Counted from the first letter of the stretch, positions 1 through 16,789 are shown. The stretch is DNA of 64,000 nt from Eledone cirrhosa (GCA_964016885.1 CAXHJY010000072.1:7555-71554); one strand, 5' to 3'. Translations and numbers: made by a program. Notes: a model not told the origin generated them from the letters alone.

Positions 1-730
<730 letters not shown>

Positions 731-956
731 ATTGGAATAAATGCTCTGAAATAGCGATATATATGTGAATATAGACACAGAATATTCGAAAATATTCTGT
801 ATGTTATAATAAACATTTTGAAGACCTAATCGCTATAGAATAGAATACGTCACGTATTACAATTAGATTCTCGATAAAAGCAAGGAAGTAAGTCTACGCG
901 TTTCATTCTTGTTAGAATTCATCAGGACTACATATCCAGTGCTTTTATCGAGAATG
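731..956 (-). repeat. Inverted partial copy of the 311-bp unit, with one complete hammerhead on the minus strand
   Basis: Reverse complement of unit sequence tctcgataaaagca...ttattccaat; TCATCAG at 919-925. Confidence 0.93.
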
Positions 957-3900
957 AAACGCGTAGACTTACTTCCCTTGCTTTTATCGAGAATCTAATT
1001 GTAATACGTGACGTATTCTATCTATAGCGATTAGGTCTTCAAAATGTTTATTATAAACATACAGAATATTTTCGAATATTCTGTGGTCTATATTCACATT
1101 ATATCGCTATTTCAGAGCATTTATTCCAATTTCTAATTTCTGCCGGACCGCAACCGCTCTTTCAAACCAGTTCCTGTACACAGCTAAGTATTCTATAAGT
1201 CTCTAGCTGTGTCATTCTCGATAAAAGCACTGGATATGTAGTCCTGATGAATTCTAACAAGAATGAAACGCGTAGACTTACTTCCCTTGCTTTTATCGAG
1301 AATCTAATTGTAATACGTGACGTATTCTATTCTATAGCGATTAGGTCTTCAAAATGTTTATTATAAACATACAGAATATTTTCGAATATTCTGTGTCTAT
1401 ATTCACATATATATCGCTATTTCAGAGCATTTATTCCAATTTCTAATTTCTGCCGGACCGGCAACCGCTCTTTCAAACCAGTTCCTGTACACAGCTAAGT
1501 ATTCTATAAGTCTCTAGCTGTGTCATTCTCGATAAAAGCACTGGATATGTAGTCCTGATGAATTCTAACAAGAATGAAACGCGTAGACTTACTTCCCTTG
1601 CTTTTATCGAGAATCTAATTGTAATACGTGACGTATTCTATTCTATAGCGATTAGGTCTTCAAAATGTTTATTATAAACATACAGAATATTTTCGAATAT
1701 TCTGTGTCTATATTCACATATATATCGCTATTTCAGAGCATTTATTCCAATTTCTAATTTCTGCCGGACCGGCAACCGCTCTTTCAAACCAGTTCCTGTA
1801 CACAGCTAAGTATTCTATAAGTCTCTAGCTGTGTCATTCTCGATAAAAGCACTGGATATGTAGTCCTGATGAATTCTAACAAGAATGAAACGCGTAGACT
1901 TACTTCCCTTGCTTTTATCGAGAATCTAATTGTAATACGTGACGTATTCTATTCTATAGCGATTAGGTCTTCAAAATGTTTATTATAAACATACAGAATA
2001 TTTTCGAATATTCTGTGTCTATATTCACATATATATCGCTATTTCAGAGCATTTATTCCAATTTCTAATTTCTGCCGGACCGGCAACCGCTCTTTCAAAC
2101 CAGTTCCTGTACACAGCTAAGTATTCTATAAGTCTCTAGCTGTGTCATTCTCGATAAAAGCACTGGATATGTAGTCCTGATGAATTCTAACAAGAATGAA
2201 ACGCGTAGACTTACTTCCCTTGCTTTTATCGTGAATCTAATTGTAATACGTGACGTATTCTATTCTATAGCGATTAGGTCTTCAAAATGTTTATTATAAA
2301 CATACAGAATATTTTCGAATATTCTGTGTCTATATTCACATATATATCGCTATTTCAGAGCATTTATTCCAATTTCTAATTTCTGCCGGACCGGCAACCG
2401 CTCTTTCAAACCAGTTCCTGTACACAGCTAAGTATTCTATAAGTCTCTAGCTGTGTCATTCTCGATAAAAGCACTGGATATGTAGTCCTGATGAATTCTA
2501 ACAAGAATGAAACGCGTAGACCTTACTTCCCTTGCTTTTATCGAGAATCTAATTGTAATACGTGACGTATTCTATTCTATAGCGATTAGGTCTTCAAATG
2601 TTTATTATAAACATACAGAATATTTTCGAATATTCTGTGTCTATATTCACATATATATCGCTATTTCAGAGCATTTATTCCAATTTCTAATTTCTGCCGG
2701 ACCGGCAACCGCTCTTTCAAACAGTTCCTGGTACACAGCTAAGTATTCTATAAGTCTCTAGCTGTGTCATTCTCGATAAAAGCACTGGATATGTAGTCCT
2801 GATGAATTCTAACAAGAATGAAACGCGTAGACTTACTTCCCTTGCTTTTATCGAGAATCTAATTGTAATACGTGACGTATTCTATTCTATAGCGATTAGG
2901 TCTTCAAAATGTTTATTATAAACATACAGAATATTTTCGAATATTCTGTGTCTATATTCACATATATATCGCTATTTCAGAGCATTTATTCCAATTTCTA
3001 ATTTCTGCCGGACCGGCAACCGCTCTTTCAAACCAGTTCCTGTACACAGCTAAGTATTCTATAAGTCTTCTAGCTGTGTCATTCTCGATAAAAGCACTGG
3101 ATATGTAGTCCTGATGAATTCTAACAAGAATGAAACGCGTAGACTTACTTCCCTTGCTTTTATCGAGGAATCTAATTGTAATACGTGACGTATTCTATTC
3201 TATAGCGATTAGGTCTTCAAAATGTTTATTATAAACATACAGAATATTTTCGAATATTCTGTGTCTATATTCACATATATATCGCTATTTCAGAGCATTT
3301 ATTCCAATTTCTAATTTCTGCCGGACCGGCAACCGCTCTTTCAAACCAGTTCCTGTACACAGCTAAGTATTCTATAAGTCTCTAGCTGTGTCATTCTCGA
3401 TAAAGCACTGGATATGTAGTCCTGATGAATTCTAACAAGAATGAAACGCGTAGACTTACTTCCTTGCTTTTATCGAGAATCTAATTGTAATACGTGACGT
3501 ATTCTATTCTATAGCGATTAGGTCTTCAAAATGTTTATTATAAACATACAGAATATTTTCGAATATTCTGTGTCTATATTCACATATATATCGCTATTTC
3601 AGAGCATTTATTCCAATTTCTAATTTCTGCCGGACCGGCAACCGCTCTTTCAAACCAGTTCCTGTACACAGCTAAGTATTCTATAAGTCTCTAGCTGTGT
3701 CATTCTCGATAAAAGCACTGGATATGTAGTCCTGATGAATTCTAACAAGAATGAAACGCGTAGACTTACTTCCCTTGCTTTTATCGAGAATCTAATTGTA
3801 ATACGTGACGTATTCTATTCTATAGCGATTAGGTCTTCAAAATGTTTATTATAAACATACAGAATATTTTCGAATATTCTGTGTCTATATTCACATATAT

Positions 3901-4825
3901 ATCGCTATTTCAGAGCATTTATTCCAATTTCTAATTTCTGCCGGACCGGCAACCGCTCTTTCAAACCAGTTCCTGTACACAGCTAAGTATTCTATAAGTC
4001 TCTAGCTGTGTCATTCTCGATAAAAGCACTGGATATGTAGTCCTGATGAATTCTAACAAGAATGAAACGCGTAGACTTACTTCCCTTGCTTTTATCGAGA
4101 ATCTAATTGTAATACGTGACGTATTCTATTCTATAGCGATTAGGTCTTCAAAATGTTTATTATAAACATACAGAATATTTTCGAATATTCTGTGTCTATA
4201 TTCACATATATATCGCTATTTCAGAGCATTTATTCCAATTTCTAATTTCTGCCGGACCGGCAACCGCTCTTTCAAACCAGTTCCTGTACACAGCTAAGTA
4301 TTCTATAAGTCTCTAGCTGTGTCATTCTCGATAAAAGCACTGGATATGTAGTCCTGATGAATTCTAACAAGAATGAAACGCGTAGACTTACTTCCCTTGC
4401 TTTTATCGAGAATCTAATTGTAATACGTGACGTATTCTATTCTATAGCGATTAGGTCTTCAAAATGTTTATTATAAACATACAGAATATTTTCGAATATT
4501 CTGTGTCTATATTCACATATATATCGCTATTTCAGAGCATTTATTCCAATTTCTAATTTCTGCCGGACCGGCAACCGCTCTTTCAAACCAGTTCTGTACA
4601 CAGCTAAGTATTCTATAAGTCTCTAGCTGTGTCATTCTCGATAAAAGCACTGGATATGTAGTCCTGATGAATTCTAACAAGAATGAAACGCGTAGACTTA
4701 CTTCCCTTGCTTTTATCGAGAATCTAATTGTAATACGTGACGTATTCTATTCTATAGCGATTAGGTCTTCAAAATGTTTATTATAAACATACAGAATATT
4801 TTCGAATATTCTGTGTCTATATTCA
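950..4825 (+). repeat. Tandem array of a 311-bp unit, about 12.5 copies (retrozyme-like)
   Basis: gaatgaaacgcgtag recurs at 1261, 1572, 1883 and onward (period 311); copies differ mostly by 1-bp indels. Confidence 0.97.
1214..1303 (+). ncRNA. Minimal type I hammerhead ribozyme (representative; cores at about 1244, 1555, 1866, 2177, 2488, 2799, 3111, 3422, 3732, 4043, 4354, 4664)
   Basis: gtagtc-CTGATGA(1244-1250)-attct/aaca/agaat (stem II)-GAAA-cgcg-TA^gacttac; stem I extended by a 16-bp perfect helix attctcgataaaagca/tgcttttatcgagaat; predicted cut after 1274. Confidence 0.88.
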
Positions 4826-5637
<812 letters not shown>

Positions 5638-5754
5638 TAAACGTTAGAATATGTGTAATAAGGCCAAGACAATGCAGATATGGACATAGAAAAAGAATGC
5701 AATAGTGAGAGATATTGATGAGAATTCGTCTTTCACCTTGTATTTATTTAAATG

Positions 5755-5790
5755 TCCTTAATTTTCGAGATAATATTCTTCTTCGGAGGG
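5755..5790 (-). ncRNA. Degenerate minimal hammerhead in the Penelope 3' region
   Basis: cct-CCGAAGA-aga/atatta/tct-c-GAAA-at-TA^agg; core has U4>C. Confidence 0.4.
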
Positions 5791-6164
5791 AAGTAAAAGT
5801 CTCAGACCAGCGTCTAAATTCCCAATGAAGCCATGCTGACCGGAAATAGTATAGAGTTCTAACTTTAATATCAAAGAATTAAAATTAGGTGGGTAAAGAG
5901 TAGTCTCCCTTTAAGAGGGGTTTGTTTATGTTTTTGTTGTGTTTTTTAAATTTTATATGCGTGCCTGTATATGTGTGTGGGAGAAAGCATGAAGGTGTAG
6001 GTATGTGTGTGTGTGAGTGTGGGAAGATAGGTCTAATCGTAAAAGTGGGGGGTAGGTGTTATCTGGTGTTAGAACTGGTTTTGTGTGTGTATGTGTGAGA
6101 GAGGAATAAGTGAGGTGTGTGCGTGCGTGTGTGTGGGGTGTGTAAAGTGGGGCTAGAGGCCCTA

Positions 6165-6905
6165 TCAGGTTATAAATTGGGTGTTGAGCTCTAGTCTATT
6201 ATTGATTGGTGGATGTGTTCTATCTATAATGAGTGCTTCCTTGATTCTAAGATTACCGAGGTTTCTTTCTTTAGTTTCTATCCTAACTGTTATGTTTTTA
6301 TCAGTGTTTTTGCATTTAACTAGGTGTTTCTTAAATGAGGAAGCGTTAGTATTGAGGTGTTCTTTTATTCTTATGTGGAGTGGTCTGGTGGTGCTACCTA
6401 CGTAGAAGTTGTTGCATTTGTCACACTCTAGTCTGTAAACTACGTAAGCCTGGTGGCATAGGTCTGTGTCCGTTGATGGGGCAGTTGGCTAGTCCTGCAG
6501 CAGTTGTCATGTCTGGTGGAGTGTCTCTTAGCTAGCCATCCACGCAAAGCAGGACCCGAATGGGCCAGTTGAATATCCAGACCTTCTCGTCTGATGGCTC
6601 TGCGGATGGCTGTTGTTGTTTCTTCACTGAAGTGTGGGAGCTTCAGGAAGCAAGTGTTAGTGCTCGGGTGTGGGTGTCCTCTGTTCTTTCTGGCACGGTT
6701 TGTGGTGGATGTCGTGTATCCGTTCAGTTTGAGTACTTCCAGGAAATGTGTGGTGTGTGTGTCTCGGTCTCTGGCGTCGGTGCATTTGTTCTTGATACGT
6801 GCCAGTTCGTTCTTTATGTATCCGAACTTGGCACCGAGTGGGAGGGCCGATGTGAAATGTACGAACAGGTCCCTGCTGGCGGATTTTTTATAGAAGCAGG
6901 TGTGG
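6165..6905 (-). pseudogene. Penelope RT C-terminus and GIY-YIG endonuclease, frameshifted near 6470-6500
   Basis: [19 protein letters not shown]...NGY resembles the PLE thumb; in another frame, read by hand: DLCHQAYVVYRLECDKCNNFYVGSTTRPLHIRIKEH...LRIKEALIIDRTHPPINNRLEL, stop TGA at 6165-6167. Confidence 0.88.
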
Positions 6906-6908
6906 ATG

Positions 6909-8300
<1,392 letters not shown>

Positions 8301-8430
8301 GTATACTAGGGAGAGGATCAGGGGTGTATAACACTCCACTTATCCAGCAGGCAGTATAAGGTTAGCTCGATGTCTGAGGACAGAGCCGTGATATAATAAA
8401 TAACAAAGAACGCCTATAGCATATGCATAT

Positions 8431-8488
8431 CTTTACTTGCTAACATTGTTTCATCCGCACTATAAGTGGGACTTATCAGAGCATAAAG
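8431..8488 (-). ncRNA. Degenerate hammerhead, related to 23391-23452
   Basis: tgct-CTGATAA-gtcc...ggat-GAAAC-aat-GTT^agca; G8>A. Confidence 0.5.
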
Positions 8489-9039
8489 GTTAATTACATA
8501 CCATACAAGCAATAACAAATCCAAGACATTGAAGAATGAAAAATAATAGAAGATAAAGGATATTAAGGAAGTAAAAGTAAAAATAAGAATAAAAATAAAA
8601 ATAAAAATAAGAATAAAAATAAAAATAATAAAATAAACAATGAAACATAAGGGGTGCTATCAGTCACAGTTGGGCGGGGTGCTGTCAACATATAGTTACA
8701 TACAAGCATACACATGGATAAGAGAACAGACAAGTGTAGATAAGATAGATAGGATTAGGTAAGAGTAGGTAAAAAATAGGTGAAAAATAGACTTATAATA
8801 TATATAAGAAAGTATAAAGAAATATATAACAAACTTACATATAAAATATAAAATATACAGATAATAGTGATACAGGGTAAGGAATGAAATAAAATAAAAT
8901 AATATAAAATTAAAATTAAAATTATATAAAATAGAACATAATATAATATAATCATAAAATAAGATAAAATAAGGTAAACTAAAATAAAATAAAATAGACT
9001 AAAGTAAAATAATATAATATAAGATATAATTAAGTGTAA

Positions 9040-9071
<32 letters not shown>

Positions 9072-9103
9072 AATTAAATAAATAAATAAAATTAAAATTA
9101 AAT

Positions 9104-9139
<36 letters not shown>

Positions 9140-9240
9140 GTAAATAAATAAATAAATAAATAAATGAAATTAAATAAGTAAATAAATAAAATTAGATAAA
9201 ATGAAATGAAATAAAATAAAATAAAATGAAATAAAGTAAA
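9040..9240. repeat. (AAAT)n/(AAAAT)n simple repeat
   Basis: Directly visible. Confidence 0.9.
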
Positions 9241-9309
9241 TTGAGATAAGATATATATTTTTTTAGAATATATCTCTTGAATATATCAGGGGCCCGCGAA
9301 GGCACTAAG

Positions 9310-10646
<1,337 letters not shown>

Positions 10647-11154
10647 CCTCTCCCCCTCTCTGTCGCACACACGAATAAATACACACACATATATATACAT
10701 TCATATGTCCAGGAAAACAGTCATACACATCTCTCTCTCTCCACACACATACATAAATATATATATATATATATGCATACATATGTCCATACAAACATAC
10801 ATATCTCTCTCTCTACATACACACACAGACACACACATACACACATTTATGCATACATACACACACACATACACATATATACACACAAAAAATAAATATA
10901 TGTTTTATATATATTTATATAAATATATGCAAACACACATGTTTTAGTGAAATAAAGTTTGTATTTAATGTGTTAATGGCGTATATTATAGCAACTATAC
11001 TGAAAATAAAGGGTTATGTGTTTAGCTAAAAGAACGAAAAACCCATTCATATAAAACACTTTTCTTGATGTATGCTGCAAATAGTGGAGATTTTGTAAGC
11101 AGTTTATTTAATTTCTGGTTGAAATCATTTTACTTGACGTACATTATTTTATCG

Positions 11155-11680
11155 GGGGTGGTGGCTTGGCAGTATCAGTAGAGAATCGGACACCATGCTT
11201 TGTAGCATAGAGTTACGGTCCTTTACGGTCTGAGTTCAAATCCAGCCGAGGTTAACTTTGCCTTTCATCCTTACGAGGTCGATAAAATAAAGTACCAGTA
11301 ATGCACTGGTTAATTTGGTGGCCTTGTGCCAAAAGTAGAAACAATTATTAATGGGGGGATTGACAGTATCAGTAGAGCATTGGACACTATGCTTTACAGC
11401 ATAGAGTTACGGCCCGTTGCGGTCTGAATTCCGCCGAGGTTAACTTTAATGAATAAATAATAATTATTATTAATCGGGGGATTAACAGTATCGGTAGAGC
11501 GTTGGACACCATGCTTTACAGCATAGAGTTACGGCCCTTTATGATCTGAGTTCAAATCCCGCCAAGGTTAACATTGCCTTTCACCCTTACGGAAATAAAG
11601 TCGTCACTCTCTGGGGTCGATTTAATCGACTTTTTCTCCCCAAAATTGCTGGCCTTGTGCCTATATAAGAAACCATTATG
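11155..11680 (+). mobile_element. Three tandem copies or fragments of tRNA-derived SINE family A
   Basis: A box TGGCAGTATCAG, B box GAGTTCAAATCC, body aactttgcctttcatccttacgaggtcgataaaataaagtaccag, (ATT)n tail. Confidence 0.85.
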
Positions 11681-12424
11681 AAGCATTCTATGTACATTAC
11701 ATTCGCCCTTTACATTCTAAGTTTAAACCCCATCTAATTCACAGTCCCAACACCGCCGCACCCTAGGCCCAGAGCCGATCATCTTCAGCCATTCCCCCTC
11801 CTTTTCTTCTGTGGCCCTAGCGTCCTTGGTTTTCCCCTATTTTCCTCTCATTTATGGCATTTATAGCCCTTTCCTCTACTTTCCCACACAGACAGTATAC
11901 CTTTCTTTACCCCTTCCCCGTTTTTTATTATTTTTGTTATTTATTATTTTTGAGTGATTCGAATAAGAAATCCAATTGTTTAAAAAAAAGAGAAATTCAC
12001 AGCTAGAACACACTGGATATATATATATAAGCAAAGGGATATTTAATTTGTTGGTAATTCAACAGATATATATATATTTATAACAGATTCGAAGCACTCG
12101 ACAGCTTTCTGGAGTATAATATCAATGATATTAATAAATGGAAACTATATTTATAAAACCATATTTATTCTATTATATATATTTCAAGGGTACCAAAATG
12201 TTGGTACGCTCTCATCATATAAAATACAAAAGTTGTTTTATAAATAGTGACATACCCCCCAAAACAAGAACTTATTATTTTAAATATATATATGTGTGTG
12301 TATGTGTGTGTGTGTGTGTACGTTACTTTATTTCAGCCCACATGTAAAACCCATATATATATATATATATATGTTGGTATATCTCAGCCGACATGTATAG
12401 CATATATATATATATATATATATA

Positions 12425-12590
12425 TAGGAACGAGTAGGACCTCGACGGCTGAGTCCAGAATTAGCCGTCGAAACGGCTTGAGCTCAGCCGTCGGGGTCCT
12501 ACTCGTTCCTATTACCCACTCTACTACCCTAAGTATTGAGTACTTTGGTGCGTTATGGTCCACCTGGTTCCTTACCACATCTGCTTCGTT
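12425..12590 (+). mobile_element. Fold-back mini-element, family F1 (also 22340-22545, 33720-33915, 45137-45348)
   Basis: Arms taggaacgagtaggacc.cgacggctgag / ctcagccgtcggggtcctactcgttccta; shared 3' end ggtccacctggttccttaccac; within (TA)n. Confidence 0.75.
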
Positions 12591-13195
12591 ATATATATAT
12601 GTATGTGTGTTGATTTATCTCAGCCGACATGTATAGTTCCATACATGAACTTCACAGAACTTACATTGTAGAGCCCACTCAAACATATGACATTGTCGAA
12701 CTTTGTTAAGTTGTTTTTTTTAAATAACTCATTTTTTCTTAACAGTTGCCTCTTAGAATTTTACATTGACCAACCAATTATAAATGACTTGTTCATTACG
12801 ATGTATATTCTCACGATATGATGTCACGTTTCAACAAAATGCCAGATATTTAAATAGTAACCACGATTAAATATAGATTGTTTGTAAGTCATAAATTTCA
12901 TTACATATTTACATGAGATTAGAAAAACGTACAGACAACAAACTACTGTTGGTAGGAAAGGTTAGGCGTACTATAGCACATCACTTACATAGTCCAAGTG
13001 TTCTTAAATAAAGTCGTTAACAAGACAGCTCGTTGTGTGTAATTATAACTTACCAGAATGTTTATGTAAGTAATCAGAAGCTATTGCCACCTTGGTGAGG
13101 ATCAGAAGTCAATATTGTATTAGAAAGGTAGTATGTTGAATAAATAGGTTAAGAAAAAACATGTTAGAAAGAGTAAAGATGGTAGGAGATCCATA

Positions 13196-13445
13196 CCAAC
13201 ACAGAACAACACACTACAGGAAAACACAACACAGAACACAACACAGAACACAACACAGAACACAACACACCACAACACAGAACACACCACAACACAAAAC
13301 TCAACACAGAACAACAACCACATAAAAACACAACACAGAACACACCACAACACAAAACTCAACACAGAACAACACACCACAAGAAAACACAACACAGAAC
13401 ACAACACAGAACACACCACACCACAACACAACACTCAACACAGAA
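13196..13445. repeat. (CACAACACAGAA)n-type minisatellite
   Basis: Directly visible. Confidence 0.9.
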
Positions 13446-13487
13446 CCTCGAGTATAGTTTGCTAATTTGTGTGGAACTAACTCCCAC

Positions 13488-13499
<12 letters not shown>

Positions 13500-13518
<19 letters not shown>

Positions 13519-13583
13519 ATTTGAAAGGGATATATATATATATATATAAATATATATATATAAATATATATATATAAATATAT

Positions 13584-13614
<31 letters not shown>

Positions 13615-15230
13615 CAGATATATAAGTAGATATATATACATATATATAAGTAGATATATATAAATATATATAAATAGATATATATAAATATATATATATA
13701 CATAAATATAAATATATAAATATATATATATACATATATATAAATATAAATATATAAATATATATATATACATATATATAAATAGATACATATAAATATA
13801 TATATACATATATATAAATATATATATATATACATACATATATATAAATAGATACATATAAATATATATATACATATATATAAATATATATATATACATA
13901 TATATAAATATATACATATATATAAATATATATATATACATATATATAAATCTATATATATAGATAGATATAAATATATATATATATACATATATATAAA
14001 TATATATATATATACATAATTAAATAAATGGAAAACTATATTTATAAAACCATATTTATTTCATTATATATATTTCGGGGATATCATATTAACAATATGC
14101 TATGCCTTCATCAGACAAAATACAATATAGTTTGCTAATATTGTCTGATGAAGGCATAGTATATTGTTAATATGATATCCCCGAAATATATATAATGAAA
14201 TAAATATGGTTTTATAAATATAGTTTTCCATTTATTTAATATTGTAAATATACTCCAAGTATTTGTCGAGTGCTTTTATATCAGTTATAAATATTTACTA
14301 GTTGTAACCCAACAATTTTAAATATAACTTTACATGTATATATATACATATATATAAATATATATATATACATATATATATAAATAGATAGATATAAATA
14401 TATATATATAGATAGATATAAATATATATATATAGATAGATATAAATATATATATATAGATAGATATAAATATATATATATATATACATAGATATAAATA
14501 TATATATATATAGATAGATATAAATATATATATATACATATATATAAATATATATATATACATATATATAAATATATATATATATATACATATATATAAA
14601 TATATATATATATATACATATATATAAATATATATATATACATACATATATATATATATATGTATACATATATATATATATATATGTATACATATATATA
14701 AATATATATATACATATATATAAATATATATATACATATATATAAATATATATACATATATATAAATAGATAGATATAAATATATATATATAGATAGATA
14801 TAAATATATATATATAGATAGATATAAATATATATATATAGATAGATATAAATATATATATATATATACATATATATAAATATATATATATAGAGATAGA
14901 TATAAATATATATATATACATATATATAAATATATATATATACATATATATAAATATATATATATACATATATATAAATATATATATATATATACATATA
15001 TATAAATATATATATATACATACATATATATATATATATATGTATACATATATATATATATATATGTATACATATATATAAATATATATATATACATACA
15101 TATATATATATATATATGTATACATATATATATATATATATGTATACATATATATAAATATATATATATACATATATATAAATATATATACATATATATA
15201 AATATATATATATACATATATATAAATATG
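13500..15230. repeat. (TA)n-derived compound microsatellite, interrupted by the element at 14019-14334
   Basis: Directly visible. Confidence 0.9.
14019..14334 (+). mobile_element. Fold-back hammerhead mini-element, family F2 (relatives 12133-12240 and 46025-46135 on the minus strand)
   Basis: ~100-bp inverted arms 14019-14118 / 14139-14240; CTGATGA 14145-14151, GAAA 14183-14186. Confidence 0.78.
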
Positions 15231-15277
15231 AAGTATTTCCCAAGGAAAGAGTGCTCTATGTAGGCTACAGAGCGTTT

Positions 15278-15475
15278 TAGTTATGTAATAAACAGCATAA
15301 GATGATTATTTCATTTACCAGTGGTTTCTTGAAGACATATTTATATGCCTTCAGTCGCCAGAACGAATAAAATGTCACTATTTTATTCGTTCTGGCGACT
15401 GAACGCATATAAATATCTGTCTTCAAGAAACCACTGGTAAATGAAATAATTATCTTATGTTGTTTATTACATAAC

Positions 15476-15478
<3 letters not shown>
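15278..15478. repeat. Palindrome with ~95-bp arms
   Basis: tagttatgtaataaac...gtttattacataacta, centre about 15375. Confidence 0.9.
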
Positions 15479-15506
<28 letters not shown>

Positions 15507-16394
15507 ATGTGTGTATGTATTGATATACCCCTTTCAAATTGACATTTTATCAATTTTCTCCATGACAACACTGAATATTCTCTTCTCTTTCAAATGTTAT
15601 CAGCTGTGTTATACATTTGAATTACATATAATAGAAGCGATTTAACTCAACTGATGAATCGCTTGTATATAACGTTAAAAGAATTCATGTTTACTTCTTA
15701 TTTTTATATTATCTATTTACTTTTGTTTTCCTTTCATATTTAGTTCAGCACATTAAAGTTGTTGACGAAAGCAGTATTCTTTTATTCTTTAGAATTCTTC
15801 AGCATGCTTCGATGAACATCAAGAAATAATCAATAAATTTTCTATTGACTCGGTTATTCATTTGACATTTTCATAAGATAAATACTGAGAGATTTACAGA
15901 TAACGTGGAAAGCAGAGTAGATAGATGAAAGTGATATTAAGAGATATAAAAGATAGAGAACAATTTTAGTGGGAGAGTGTATCGTTATGGTGGAACTTCA
16001 AAGATGATACGAAACTTCTATTGTTTGTATGAATATAAGCAGTTAAAGAATTAAATATTTCTTAATTATTGCACAATCAAAACCGGCTGACAAAATGTTT
16101 CGACACTCGCGACAAAGATATTTAGCTTATATATTCGTCACCTATACATAACTTTTCATTGTCTGTCATATAAGTGATTAGATAAAGCATTCACACTTAC
16201 ATGATATCACAAAAAGGATATATATGAAGTTTTAGTCTATTCATATAAAAAGAATACAATTGTATATATTTATTCCATGGAAGAGGAGATTTCTTGCAGA
16301 CAGGAAAGACATGTCGCCGGGTGGTTTAATGGTTTAAACATATATTCATATGGATAACAACTGAATAATAGAATGGACTCTATAGAATATGGTC

Positions 16395-16612
16395 TGTGGA
16401 AGAGCCGAACTCCCACTGTCATCGCCTCCATCTCTCTCGCCCTCCCCATCTCTCTGTATGGTGAGCAAATGGAGTCACATGTGCTGGCCTCCCCAAATCC
16501 CTGGCAGACAGAATCGAGAAGGCGTTTCCCCGAAGAGTGGTAAGGGAGATGCGCTGGAAGACCCATTCCAACTCGCAAGGCTCACACTTACGGCTGGCCA
16601 GCTCAGCGTCTA
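16395..16612 (-). mobile_element. CRE-like non-LTR 3' fragment
   Basis: Homologous to 34530-34745 (EW(V/L)FQRISL...GNA). Confidence 0.6.
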
Positions 16613-16789
16613 TGTTTCTTTACGTTTAGAGTAACTTGAACAATAATTTTTACAAGGGCATATGGAGCAAAGTTGTTACGAAGTTGTTACACAGGGGCCA
16701 CATATGTAATTAAGCTTCTCAATTAATTAACTATTTGGTGGACAGACTAACTTGTGCATGAATAAGTTACCTGATTAATCATATAATAT

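Larger units (their letters stand above)
5638..6908 (-). mobile_element. 5'-truncated Penelope-like retroelement (RT thumb, GIY-YIG and 3' region) between TA tracts
   Basis: Coding remnant listed below; degenerate hammerhead at about 5755-5790; flanked by (TA)n on both sides. Confidence 0.8.

Noticed and set aside
950-4825. CRISPR-like array, or the coding ORF at 2507-2761
   Set aside because: No unique spacers and no cas genes; the ORF exists only because of indels in one unit
11155-11250. tRNA genes
   Set aside because: A and B boxes belong to SINE heads; no cloverleaf
15630-15670. CTGATGA inside a small hairpin
   Set aside because: No stem II plus GAAA downstream, so not a hammerhead
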